A DNA stretch of 62,765 nucleotides from NCBI GenBank assembly GCA_963827755.1, contig CAWHCQ010000038.1:1-62765 (forward strand), in the 5' to 3' direction. Origin of the DNA: an uncultured Gammaproteobacteria bacterium. GTDB lineage: Bacteria; Pseudomonadota; Gammaproteobacteria; UBA9214. Position 1 is the stretch's first letter. The number at the start of each line of letters is the position of its first letter. A model generated the notes under the pieces. It saw nothing but the letters and a program-made list of their open reading frames with translations, did no database searches and was not told where the DNA came from. Below are positions 53,372-62,765 of the stretch, piece by piece. Position numbers and translations under genes: made by a program.

Positions 53372-54634
53372 ATGCATACTTTTACGCTTCTGTTTCTGTT
53401 CGCACTGGCAGGATCCGTACTGCTTCGCTTCTGGCTTGCCGGCCGGCATCTTGCCCATGTCCGCAAACACCGCGACACGGTCCCCGCATCATTTGCAAAG
53501 CGCATCCCGATCAGCGACCACCACAAGGCCGCGGACTACACGCTCACCAACACACGCATCGGCATGCTTGAACTGGCCTACGGAAGCCTGCTGTTGCTGG
53601 GATGGACCCTCGGCGGCGGTCTTGAATGGCTGAACACGGCATGGATCAAGGCCGGCCTCGGGGCACTGTCGACCGGCACCGGCGTGATTCTCAGCGCATT
53701 TTTCATCATGACCGTGCTGGAGTTGCCCTTCAGTCTCTATCACACCTTCGTGGTGGAAGAACGCTTCGGCTTCAACCGCTCGACGCCGTCGGTTTTCATT
53801 GCCGACCTGCTCAAGCAGGCCGCCCTGCTGCTCGTCATCGGCGGCCCGATGATCGTGCTGGCCCTGTGGATCATGGATGCGGCAGGTGAACGCTGGTGGC
53901 TGTACCTGTGGGCGGCGTGGATGTCTTTCTCGCTGCTGATGTTCTGGGCCTACCCGGCCGTGATTGCGCCGCTGTTCAACAAGTTTTCACTGCTGGACAA
54001 CGAGGCATTGCAGCAGCGCATCCAGGCCCTGCTGGATAAATGCGGATTTCGCAGCAAGGGGATTTATGTCATGGACGGCTCGAAGCGCTCGGGGCACGGC
54101 AATGCCTATTTCACGGGTATAGGACGCAACAAGCGGATCGTTTTTTTCGACACCCTGCTCGACTCGCTCAAGGCGGAGGAAATCGAGGCAGTACTTGCCC
54201 ATGAGCTCGGGCATTTCAAACTCAAACACGTGCAAAAACGCTTTCTGTCCATGGCCGCACTCAGCCTTGCCGGGCTGGCAATACTCGGCTGGCTACACGG
54301 CCAGACGTGGTTTTATAACGGCCTCGGCATCAGCCAGCCGTCAGACTGGATGGCCCTGCTGCTGTTCATGATGGTGATGCCGGTATTCACCTTTTTCCTG
54401 CAGCCGCTGATGTCGCTGCTTTCCAGGAAGCATGAATTCGAGGCCGATGCCTATGCGGTCGCGCAGTCCAGCGGCAGCGACCTGATCCACGCGCTGGTGA
54501 AAATGTACCGCGAGAATGCCAGTACGCTGACGCCTGACCCGCTGTTTTCGGCCTTCCACGACTCGCACCCGCCGGCACCGGTGCGCATCGCCCGTATATC
54601 GGCTAATATAGGGACAACAGCATCCGGAGGCTGA
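53372..54634 (+). CDS. M48 family (Ste24-like) membrane metallopeptidase
   Basis: DGSKRSGHGNAYFTG, AVLAHELGH, HEFEADAYA, SHPP...RI. Confidence 0.95.
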   Translation: MHTFTLLFLFALAGSVLLRFWLAGRHLAHVRKHRDTVPASFAKRIPISDHHKAADYTLTNTRIGMLELAYGSLLLLGWTLGGGLEWLNTAWIKAGLGALSTGTGVILSAFFIMTVLELPFSLYHTFVVEERFGFNRSTPSVFIADLLKQAALLLVIGGPMIVLALWIMDAAGERWWLYLWAAWMSFSLLMFWAYPAVIAPLFNKFSLLDNEALQQRIQALLDKCGFRSKGIYVMDGSKRSGHGNAYFTGIGRNKRIVFFDTLLDSLKAEEIEAVLAHELGHFKLKHVQKRFLSMAALSLAGLAILGWLHGQTWFYNGLGISQPSDWMALLLFMMVMPVFTFFLQPLMSLLSRKHEFEADAYAVAQSSGSDLIHALVKMYRENASTLTPDPLFSAFHDSHPPAPVRIARISANIGTTASGG

Positions 54635-54636
54635 CT

Positions 54637-54918
54637 ATGAATTACAAAACCCTGAACCTGGCAGCACTGGTGGCGGTACTGGCTGTCGCGCCCGTGCAGG
54701 CCGCCGACGTCAGTCATGGAAAATCCTTGCAGGAGAAAAACTGCATGGGCTGTCATGACGACAGTATGTACACCCGCAAGAACCGCAAGGTAAGCACCCT
54801 GGCCGGCCTGCAAAAACAGGTGAGGCGCTGTGAACTGTCACTCGGACTGCAGTGGTTTGACGACGATGTCGCTGCCGTCACCGAGTACCTGAATACCAGT
54901 TTCTACAATTACAAGTGA
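54637..54918 (+). CDS. Small periplasmic monoheme cytochrome c (green-heme-protein-like)
   Basis: Signal peptide, CMGCH, additional Cys in QVRRCE. Confidence 0.8.
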   Translation: MNYKTLNLAALVAVLAVAPVQAADVSHGKSLQEKNCMGCHDDSMYTRKNRKVSTLAGLQKQVRRCELSLGLQWFDDDVAAVTEYLNTSFYNYK

Positions 54919-55274
54919 CCGGCACAAGCGTCTGCGACCTGGGCAACCGGCACTGCAAGCCCTGCGAGGGCGGTGTCGCGCCACTCGATGCCGGGCAGGC
55001 AAAGGGCCTGCTCGCCGAGTTGCACGGTGACTGGTCAATCGATGCAAGCGGCAAGGAAATCAGCCGCACCTGCCTGTTCAAAAATTATTACCAGACCATG
55101 GCCTTCGTCAATGCCCTTGCCTGGATCGCCCATGCCGAGGACCACCACCCGGATATCGAGGTGGGCTACAAGACCTGCCTGGTCCGCTACAGCACCCACG
55201 CCATCGGCGGCCTGTCCGAAAACGACTTTATCTGCGCGTCAAAAATAGACGCCCTGCTGCCCGCGACCGAATAA
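54915..55274 (+). CDS. phhB: Pterin-4a-carbinolamine dehydratase
   Basis: CKPCEGG, EDHHPD, THAIGGLSENDFICASKID. Confidence 0.93.
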   Translation: MTGTSVCDLGNRHCKPCEGGVAPLDAGQAKGLLAELHGDWSIDASGKEISRTCLFKNYYQTMAFVNALAWIAHAEDHHPDIEVGYKTCLVRYSTHAIGGLSENDFICASKIDALLPATE

Positions 55275-55286
55275 CCACGGCCCGGC

Positions 55287-56231
55287 ATGTCCAACGATCC
55301 AGACCCCTCCACCCGACCAGACACAGACAACCCGGAAAACACAGCAGGCGAGCGCCGCAGCGGCCTCGTCGTCGTCAACTATGGCAAGCAACAGCTGCTG
55401 GAAGACGCGGCCGGTAACCTGCACCGCTGCGTGGCGCGCCGCGGGCTGGAACAGCTGGTCTGCGGTGACGAAGCTGAATGGCTGCCGACCGGACAGGGCG
55501 AAGGCGTTATCGAGGTGCTGCTGCCACGCCGCAACGTGCTGCAGCGGGTGGACAAGAATGATAGCGAGCGGCCGCTGGTGGCCAACATCGACCAGCTCGT
55601 CATCGAGGCCGCCGCGGAACCGGCACTCGACACCTTCCTGATCGACAAGTATACCGTCGCCGCCGAGCTGGCGAATTGCAGCGCGCTGATCGTCGTCAAC
55701 AAGGCCGACCTGCTGGGCAGCGAGCAACGCCACAGCATCGAGTCGCTGTTTGGCGAATTCAATGCCATCGGCTATGCCACCCTGTTCACCAGCGCGAAGG
55801 AAAATACCGGCATCGACGAACTGGCCGAACACCTGTCCGGTAAAACCAGCATCTTTGTCGGCCAGAGCGGCGTCGGCAAATCATCGCTGATCAAGCGGCT
55901 GTTGCCGGAACTCGACATCGTGACCGGCAAACTCTCGCAAGCCTCCGGACAGGGCAGGCACACCACCACCGCCACCACCCTCTACCACCTGCCGCACGGC
56001 GGCAGACTGATCGATTCACCGGGGGTACGCGACTTCAAGCTCGGCAAGGTCAGCCCCCTTGTACTGGGCAACGGCTTTCGTGAATTCCACGAGCTGCAGG
56101 CAGGCTGCAAGTTCAATGACTGCTCGCACTTGTCCGAACCCGGTTGCGTCATTACCAGCGCCGTGGAAAGCGGCACAATCAGCCGCCGCCGGTATGAAAG
56201 CTACCGGCAACTGCTCGCCAGCATGGAATGA
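55287..56231 (+). CDS. rsgA: Ribosome small subunit-dependent GTPase A
   Basis: NKADL, GQSGVGKSS, GRHTTT, DSPG, zinc finger CKFNDCSH.SEPGC. Confidence 0.97.
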   Translation: MSNDPDPSTRPDTDNPENTAGERRSGLVVVNYGKQQLLEDAAGNLHRCVARRGLEQLVCGDEAEWLPTGQGEGVIEVLLPRRNVLQRVDKNDSERPLVANIDQLVIEAAAEPALDTFLIDKYTVAAELANCSALIVVNKADLLGSEQRHSIESLFGEFNAIGYATLFTSAKENTGIDELAEHLSGKTSIFVGQSGVGKSSLIKRLLPELDIVTGKLSQASGQGRHTTTATTLYHLPHGGRLIDSPGVRDFKLGKVSPLVLGNGFREFHELQAGCKFNDCSHLSEPGCVITSAVESGTISRRRYESYRQLLASME

Positions 56232-56402
56232 TGCCTTCACGGCAGGCCATCAGTCCTTTGTACATGCCGGGTTGATATAGTATCTTTCGCCAGGGGGATC
56301 CTCACTATTACCGCCTTCGGACGCGAAAGCGGAAGTCAGATTTTCCAGCTGTATTTTGCGCTGTGCTGTCACGTGACATGGAATAAACCGGAGAGGAAGC
56401 TG

Positions 56403-58630
56403 ATGGAACAAAGAAAATATTACCCACTATCGCATCACTGGAACCTCGTCTCACTGGTGCTGGGCCTGCTGCTGTCGGCATTGCCGCTGACGGCCTGGTC
56501 TGCACTCGAAGCAGCTACCGCCACGCCCGTGATCAGTGAACAGCAGGCGATTGGCCTGGCATTGAACCGTATCGAGACTGGCAAAGAAGCAATTACCGTG
56601 ACCAACCGTCGTCACCGTGCGCTGTTTGACAGACGCGGCGTGCAATTTACCCCGCACCGGGGCCCGGACTGGAACTGGCGATTGACGCACATCAACAATG
56701 CCCGGCAGGCAGCGGTGGCACCAACCCGGAGTGCGCCAGACGCGGTGGACTTTGCCCGCGGTGGTCTGATCGAGCGCTACCTGATCAAGGCGGCCACGAT
56801 CGAACAGCGCTTTGTACTGGAGCGCCCCTGGCCACTGGACCGGGACCTGGTTATTACCGGCGCCATCAACAGCAAGGGCAAGATGGAGCCAACCGCGCAG
56901 GGCTGGGTGTGGCGTGACGCATCGGGTGTTGTGACGCTGGGCCAGGTAACGGTGTTCGATGCCACGGGCAAGGTGTTGCCGGCACGGATGCAGGTGACGG
57001 ACACGCACAGCACCATCCAGGTAGCCGCCAGCGGACCTGGCCGGTGCGGTCTACCCGGTGACCGTTGATCCGGAGATCGGCACCAATGACTTCCGCATTT
57101 CCGACATGGGCACCGGATGGCAATGTCAGCTTTGCTGCCCTCAATCCGGCCGTGGCTTACAACGCCATGAACAACGAGTACCTGGTGGTGTGGTCAGGCG
57201 ATGACGACACGGCCCCGCTGGTGGATGAGGAGTTCGAGATCTTTGGACAGCGCATCGATGCGGCGACAGGCGCCGCGATTGGCACGAATGACTTCCGCAT
57301 CTCCGACATGGGCACCGGATGGCAATGTCAGCTATGATGCCTTCAGCACCGGCCGTGGCCTGGAACGCCACGGACAACGAGTACCTGGTGGTGTGGGCAG
57401 GCGATGACGACACGGCCCCGCTGGTGGATGAGGAGTTCGAGATCTTTGGACAGCGCATCAATGCGGCGACGGTGCCGAGATTGGCACCAATGACTTCCGC
57501 ATCTCCGACATGGGCACCGGATGGCAATGTCAGCTTTGCTGCCTTCAACCCGGCCGTGGCTTACAACGCCACGGACAACGAGTACCTGGTGGTGTGGGAA
57601 GGCGATGACGACACGGCCCCGCTGGTGGATGAAGAGTTCGAGATCTTTGGCCAACGCATCAATGCGGCGACAGGTGCCGAGATTGGCACGAATGACTTCC
57701 GCATCTCCGACATGGGCACCGGATGGCAATGTCAGCTTTGCCGCCCTCAGACCCGGCCGTGGCCTGGAACGCCACGGACAACGAGTACCTGGTGGTGTGG
57801 GAAGGCGATGACAACACGGCCCCGCTGGTGGATGAAGAGTTCGAGATCTTTGGCCAGCGCGTCAATGCGGCGACGGCGCCGAGATTGGCACCAATGACTT
57901 CCGCATCTCCGACATGGGCACCGGATGGCAATATCAGCTTTGCTGCCTTCAACCCGGCCGTGGCTTACAACGCCACGACCAACGAGTACCTGGTGGTGTG
58001 GGAAGGCGATGACGACACGGCCCCGCTGGTGGATGAGGAGTTCGAGATCTTTGGACAACGCATCGACTGCGGCGACGGCACCGAGATTGGCACCAATGAC
58101 TTCCGCATCTCCGACATGGGCCCGGATGGCGATGTCAGCTATGATGCCTTCAGCACCGGCCGTGGCCTGGAACTTGACGGCCAACGAGTACCTGGTGGTG
58201 TGGTCAGGCGATGACGACACGGCCCCGCTGGTGAATGAGGAGTTCGAGATCTTCGGCCAACGCGTCGATGCGGGCGGTACCGAGATTGGCACCAATGACT
58301 TCCGGCTCTCCGACATGGGCCCGGATGGCAATGTCAGCTTTGATGCCTTCAGCCCGGCCGTGGCCTGGAACGCCACGGCCAACGAGTACCTGGTGGTGTG
58401 GGCAGGCGATGACGACACGGCCCCGCTGGTGGATGGAGGAGTTCGAGATCTTCGGCCAGTTGTTCAGCCCGGTTACGACAGGCGGTGGCGGCGGCATTAC
58501 CGGCGGCGGTTCCGGTGGCAGCGGGCACTGCAGCCTCGCGAGTGACGATGCCGCCTTTGACCCGACCCTGTGGCTGCTGGTGCTGGTCTCTGTCATCTAC
58601 CTGCGGCAGCGACGCTTACGCGCCGGATAG
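56403..58630 (+). CDS. Exported repeat protein: signal peptide, N-domain ending YPVTVDP, seven 67-aa repeats (putative beta-propeller), JDVT-CTERM-like tail; multiply frameshifted in this assembly
   Basis: RBS GGAGAGG before ATG 56403. Reconstructed repeat DFRISDMGPDGNVSFAAFNPAVAYNATDNEYLVVWEGDDDTAPLVDEEFEIFGQRINAATGAEIGTN; tail GGSGHCSL...FDPTLWLLVLVSVIYLRQRR. Confidence 0.75.
57088..58459 (+). repeat. Seven near-identical ~201-nt coding tandem repeats
   Basis: GACTTCCG unit starts at 57088, 57290, 57492, 57694, 57896, 58098, 58297. Confidence 0.95.
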
Positions 58631-58644
58631 GGCCGGCAGCAGCG

Positions 58645-58749
58645 ATGCCGCGTAACCGGAAACCGGCCTGCACCAGGCAAGCACTGCTGCTCGCCTGGCT
58701 GCTTTCCGGGACAGTGTTTGCCGCGACTGAAAACCTGCCCCGGACCTGA
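58645..58749 (+). pseudogene. Possible gene remnant consisting of little more than a signal peptide
   Basis: MPRNRKPACTRQALLLAWLLSGTVFA-ATENLPRT*, ending just before a REP cluster. Confidence 0.35.
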
Positions 58750-58765
58750 AGGTGTTCGCGAGACG

Positions 58766-58874
58766 TTCGCGAGCTGGCGCTCGCTCCTACACGGTGAGTC
58801 CCGATAAATTGTAGGAGCCAGCGCCAGCTGGCGAAGTGCTCGCGAGGTGTTCGCGAGCTATCGCTCGCTCCTAC
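58766..58874. repeat. Three alternating GTAG REPs (same family as 8721-8784)
   Basis: TTCGCGAGCTGGCGCTCGCTCCTAC, GTAGGAGCCAGCGCCAGCTGGCGAA, TTCGCGAGCTATCGCTCGCTCCTAC. Confidence 0.88.
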
Positions 58875-59218
58875 TACCCCGGCGGCCAGTGCATGGGCCT
58901 GCCGCCCAGCAGATGCAGGTGAATGTGATACACCGACTGCCCCGCCCCGGCGTTGCAGTTCATCACCATGCGGTAACCCGGTGCGGCAATACCCTCTTCC
59001 CCGGCAATCTTTTTGGCGGCAAGGTATAACTTGCCAACGACAGCGGCATTGTCCTCGTCCAGGTCATTCGTGGTTGCGATATGCGCCTTCGGAATCACCA
59101 GTACATGCACCGGCGCCTGCGGGTTTACATCACGAAATGCGAGCACTGTTTCATCCTCGTAGACCACGTCCGGCTGGATTTCACCGGCAACCATTTTGCA
59201 GAACAGACAATCTGACAT
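58874..59218 (-). CDS. hinT: Histidine triad nucleotide-binding protein
   Basis: DCLFCK, AFRDVNPQAPVH, GQSVYHIHLH, WPPG. Confidence 0.95.
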   Translation of the reverse strand: MSDCLFCKMVAGEIQPDVVYEDETVLAFRDVNPQAPVHVLVIPKAHIATTNDLDEDNAAVVGKLYLAAKKIAGEEGIAAPGYRMVMNCNAGAGQSVYHIHLHLLGGRPMHWPPG

Positions 59219-59232
59219 AGACAAGCTCCGGG

Positions 59233-59829
59233 CTAGATTTCAAGTCGGCCTGAAAAGGCATGGGACAGCGTGCTGCTGTCAATGTATTCCAGTTCACCAC
59301 CCATGGGCACGCCGTGCGCAATACGGGTCGTACGGATGCCATGGGCACGCGCCATCTCGCTGACAAAATGCGCCGTGGCCTCGCCTTCAACCGTCGGGTT
59401 GGTCGCCAGGATCATCTCGCTGACCTGCCCGGTTGCAAGGCGCGCCTCGAGCAGATCCAGGCCGAGGGCATCGGGGCCGATGCCATCCAGCGGCGAGAGG
59501 TGCCCCATGAGCACGAAATACAGCCCCTTGTAACCGGTTGACTGTTCCAGCGCCTGGACATCGGCCGGCGTCTCGACGATACATAACTGGCTGCGGTCAC
59601 GCCGGTGGTTTGCGCACAGGCCGCAAACTGCAGTCTCCGTCAGGGTGCGGCACTCGCTGCAATGGCCGACCTTCTCCATCGCCTCGTTCAATGCCGCGGC
59701 CAGCTGGCGGCCGCCGTCACGGTTATGCTCGAGCAAATGAAATGCCATGCGCTGTGCCGATTTCGGCCCGACGCCCGGCAGACAACGCAGGCATTCGACC
59801 AGGCGCTCGATGAGCCGCGAGCTGCTCAC
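59233..59829 (-). CDS. recR: Recombination mediator RecR
   Basis: [12 protein letters not shown]4 zinc finger, [12 protein letters not shown]. Confidence 0.98.
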   Translation of the reverse strand: MSSSRLIERLVECLRCLPGVGPKSAQRMAFHLLEHNRDGGRQLAAALNEAMEKVGHCSECRTLTETAVCGLCANHRRDRSQLCIVETPADVQALEQSTGYKGLYFVLMGHLSPLDGIGPDALGLDLLEARLATGQVSEMILATNPTVEGEATAHFVSEMARAHGIRTTRIAHGVPMGGELEYIDSSTLSHAFSGRLEI

Positions 59830-59905
59830 CGGCCAGCCCCGCTGCCGGGCCCGGCATGAACGCGCAATCCCCGACTGGTAAAGACGCCCGCGTGCAACAT
59901 AGTCG

Positions 59906-60229
59906 CTAGAAGGGCAGCTTCATGCCCGGCGGGAGATTGATGCCGCTGGTCAGTCCGGACATCCGTTCCTGCGTCGTTGCCTCGACCTTGTGCGCGGCAT
60001 CATTGATCGCTGCCGCAACCAGGTCCTCGAGCATGTCCTTGTCATCCTGCAGCAGGCTGTCATCGATGACGACACGGCGCACCTCGTGCTTGCCGGTCAT
60101 CGTCACCTTGACCAGCCCGCCACCGGCTTCGCCGGTCACCTCCAGGCTGGCAAGCTCCGCCTGCGCCTTCTCCATGCTGGCCTGCATTTCCTGCGCCTGT
60201 TTCATCAGGTTACCCAATCCGCCTTTCAT
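59906..60229 (-). CDS. ybaB: YbaB/EbfC nucleoid-associated protein
   Basis: [38 protein letters not shown]. Confidence 0.96.
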   Translation of the reverse strand: MKGGLGNLMKQAQEMQASMEKAQAELASLEVTGEAGGGLVKVTMTGKHEVRRVVIDDSLLQDDKDMLEDLVAAAINDAAHKVEATTQERMSGLTSGINLPPGMKLPF

Positions 60230-60335
60230 AATGTCTTCCTCGATTTACCCATATCATAAATTAACAACAGCATGCGTGGATCGCATCGCGCTTTGAGAAG
60301 CGCTCCTGCAATGGCATGACCGCTTATTTGCGCCA

Positions 60336-62003
60336 TCATTTCGGCCGGATCGAATCCACTTGTACCGCGCCGCCAAAGGCATCCTGTATGGCGCGGATAT
60401 TTTCATCATTTTCGATCGAATCCTGCGCCTGTTGCTGGCGTTCTTTCTGTTCGCGGCTGCGCCGGCCTGCCGGTGTTTCGTGCGGCAGATCGCCCTCTTT
60501 TGCAATCTTTACCCTGACCGTGCGCTGGAAATGCGTACACAGCGCCTGCTCCAGTTGCTGCGTGCGCTCCTTGTTCAGCAGGGAGGAATGCGCAGGATCC
60601 AGGGAAAGCCGGACGCAGTCATCTTCCATGCCGTGGAAGGCACAATGCTGCGCCATTTGCCCGGCCATGCCCTTCAGCGTGATGGCTCCGATAATGCCGC
60701 TCCAGGCCTCGGCATTGTCCGATGACGTGGCGGCTGGTGCCTGCCCTGCAACTGTAGCCGGCGCGGCAGGTACCTCCCGTGCCTCCGGAGCTTTCTGCAC
60801 AGCCGCTGCTGTTTGCACGGCAGGTTTTGCCGGCGGCTGTTTGCGCGCCGGCGCCGCAGCCTTCTTCACCTGCGGTTTCGCAGGCGACGCCTGGGCCGCG
60901 ACCGGTTTCGACGGTGCCGCCCCCGGGCGAAACGCCAGCATGCGCAACAGCAGCATCTCGAGTCCACCGCGCGGCTGCGGTGACAGCGACAGGTCACGCC
61001 GCCCGATCAGTCCGATCTGGTAATACAGCTGGACATCTTCAGCAGACAGGCGCCCGGCCAGTGCCAGCACCGCATCGCGGTCGCCAAGGCTGTCATCGAT
61101 CGCATCGGGCAGGGCCTGGGCAATCGCGATACGCTGCAACAGCGCGATCATATCCGCCAGCAGGGCCGCATAGTCCGGCGCGAAATCATCTGCCTTGTCG
61201 ATCTCGTTCATCAACTGCCGGGCATCATTTTCCGCCAGGGCATCGAACAGTCGATAGACCACATCGCGGTCGATGGTGCCAAGCATGCTGCGCACCTCGG
61301 CCTCCTTCAATTCACCATCGCCGAAGGCAATCGCCTGGTCCAGCAGGCTCAGGGCGTCGCGCATGCTGCCATCGGCGGCCTGCGCCAGCTGGCGCACGGC
61401 ATTGCTGTCGGCCTTGATGTTTTCCGCCGTGAGGATCGTTTCAAGTTGCGCAGTAATCTGCGCCAGCGTCAGGCGCTTCAGGTTGAACTGCAGGCAGCGT
61501 GACAGCACGGTCACCGGCAAACGCTGCGGGTCGGTCGTCGCCAGCAGGAACTTGACGTGCGGTGGCGGCTCTTCCAGCGTCTTCAGCAAGGCATTGAAGC
61601 TGTGCGTCGACAGCATGTGCACTTCATCGATCAGGTAGACCTTGTAGCGCCCGCGGGTCGGTGCGTACTGCACGTTCTCGAGCAGGTCGCGGGTGTCCTC
61701 GACCTTGGTGCGCGAGGCGGCATCGACCTCGATAAGGTCGACAAAGCGGCCGCTGTCGATTTCCTCGCAGGCGCTGCAGGCGCCACAGGGCGTGGAACCC
61801 ACCCCGGCCTCGCAATTCAGCGCCTTGGAAAGAATCCGCGCGATGCTGGTCTTGCCGACCCCGCGGGTGCCGCTGAACAGGTAGGCATGATGCAGGCGGT
61901 CATTGTCCAGCGCATTCACCAGCGCGCGCCGCACATGCTCCTGCCCGACCAGCTCGGAAAACGTACGCGGGCGCCATTTACGCGCCAAAACCTGGTAGCT
62001 CAT
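60336..62003 (-). CDS. dnaX: DNA polymerase III subunit gamma/tau
   Basis: MSYQVLARKWRP, GTRGVGKT, IDEVHML, SRC. Confidence 0.98.
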   Translation of the reverse strand: MSYQVLARKWRPRTFSELVGQEHVRRALVNALDNDRLHHAYLFSGTRGVGKTSIARILSKALNCEAGVGSTPCGACSACEEIDSGRFVDLIEVDAASRTKVEDTRDLLENVQYAPTRGRYKVYLIDEVHMLSTHSFNALLKTLEEPPPHVKFLLATTDPQRLPVTVLSRCLQFNLKRLTLAQITAQLETILTAENIKADSNAVRQLAQAADGSMRDALSLLDQAIAFGDGELKEAEVRSMLGTIDRDVVYRLFDALAENDARQLMNEIDKADDFAPDYAALLADMIALLQRIAIAQALPDAIDDSLGDRDAVLALAGRLSAEDVQLYYQIGLIGRRDLSLSPQPRGGLEMLLLRMLAFRPGAAPSKPVAAQASPAKPQVKKAAAPARKQPPAKPAVQTAAAVQKAPEAREVPAAPATVAGQAPAATSSDNAEAWSGIIGAITLKGMAGQMAQHCAFHGMEDDCVRLSLDPAHSSLLNKERTQQLEQALCTHFQRTVRVKIAKEGDLPHETPAGRRSREQKERQQQAQDSIENDENIRAIQDAFGGAVQVDSIRPK

Positions 62004-62054
62004 ATATATAGCATCGATTAGGGTCAATTAAGAGGTGTGACGACCCGGGAATAA

Positions 62055-62166
62055 GGTGACCTGCACCAGCCACACCCCGGCACTCGAATCCACTGCTGCC
62101 GCTGCTCCCTTCCAGGCCTGACGGGGTTCACAGCTTCTCGTCGCGAGGGGACCGGCACAAGCCACC
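62055..62166 (-). ncRNA. ffs: Signal recognition particle RNA (4.5S)
   Basis: Minus strand GAACCCCGTCAGGCCTGGAAGGGAGCAGC domain-IV motif within a long hairpin; canonical position upstream of dnaX. Ends approximate. Confidence 0.9.
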
Positions 62167-62371
62167 GCCGGCATTATCGCAGATATCGGCCGTGAATTGC
62201 CACGGGTCATAATGTGCAAACGCATTGCGCTCACGCTTGAATCCGCATGGCTTGAACGCCTGCAGTTCGCACGACAAGGCTCCCGGTCAAGGTTAATTGA
62301 ACCGGCCATCGATAAAGTCGCCGCCGCGGATACACAATGACGCACCCGGTACCACACTTGCAACTGTTTGA

Positions 62372-62765
62372 TCAGTTCGCCTGCAGCTTGAGTGCATCCT
62401 GCAAAGGCTGCAGAAAGGCCGCGTAGTTACGCCAATAATCCAGCGAATCCTTATAGATCGGCTTATTGACCTGAGCCGAGCTGGCGGTAACCGAACGGCT
62501 GCCCGATTTGTCATGCGCCAGACAGCTATCATGCCAAGGCAACTCACAGAAATTCAGCAGCTTTTCGATTTCCTGCTGCGGGTTACTCACCAGCGCCTCG
62601 TACTCTACGTCATGGACAAAACCCGGCAATACCGCATGCCAGTGCGATATCAGCTCCTGATACATGCGGTAATATTGACCAAGCTCGACCAGATCATAGC
62701 AATAGGGATGCGAACCGGAAAACAGGTGCTTGAACAGGGACAGGCAGGTATCCATCGGATGCCGA
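62372..62765 (-). CDS. Sulfotransferase-family protein, C-terminal part (truncated by window edge)
   Basis: DTCLS.F...F, YEALV..P..EI..LL.FC.L.W, V.TASS.QV..PIY..S...WR.Y pattern of TPR-sulfotransferases. Confidence 0.82.
   Translation of the reverse strand, partial: RHPMDTCLSLFKHLFSGSHPYCYDLVELGQYYRMYQELISHWHAVLPGFVHDVEYEALVSNPQQEIEKLLNFCELPWHDSCLAHDKSGSRSVTASSAQVNKPIYKDSLDYWRNYAAFLQPLQDALKLQAN

Noticed and set aside
56290-56380. Riboswitch (e.g. c-di-GMP-I) upstream of the repeat protein
   Set aside because: Only a small hairpin and a TGTCACGTGACA palindrome; the conserved aptamer elements are not recognisable.
57088-58459. CRISPR array or non-coding satellite
   Set aside because: Units are ~201 nt with no unique spacers, translate to a coherent protein repeat, and no cas genes are present.
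60336-62003. dnaX programmed -1 frameshift signal
   Set aside because: No A AAA AAG slippery heptamer seen in the linker region.

Overview
GC-rich chromosomal window from a gammaproteobacterium, probably a Chromatiales/Thiohalobacterales-like sulfur oxidiser (inferred from gene content, not established). Mostly conserved housekeeping blocks: nnr-tsaE-amiB-mutL-miaA-hfq-hflXKC-yjeT-hisZ-purA; queG; rsmI/lpoA-yraN-gmhA-dolP; ndk-rlmN-pilW-rodZ-hisS-yfgM-bamB-der; isc; orn/M48/phhB/rsgA; ffs-dnaX-ybaB-recR-hinT. Many genes carry single-base indels that look like long-read consensus errors. Best candidate for an undescribed system: an 8-gene minus-strand operon (20073-29217) with a MotA/TolQ/ExbB channel subunit, two ExbD/MotB-like partners (TM Asp) carrying coiled-coil plus vWA domains, an FHA-like/TM/PEGA/non-catalytic FGE-fold protein, a TPR-PEGA protein, a lipoprotein and two small exported proteins. 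This suggests an ion-driven envelope machine. Other notable items: a ~290-nt structured element in inverted copies with covariation (52047-52730); mcl-mtkAB near glcDEF with no malate synthase in the window; an isc operon lacking iscU; no ispG at its usual site; a 7-repeat putative beta-propeller surface protein with a JDVT-CTERM-like tail; several GTAG-type REP families. No CRISPR, tRNA, rRNA, transposase or phage genes seen. Family calls are from motif recognition only; no searches were run.
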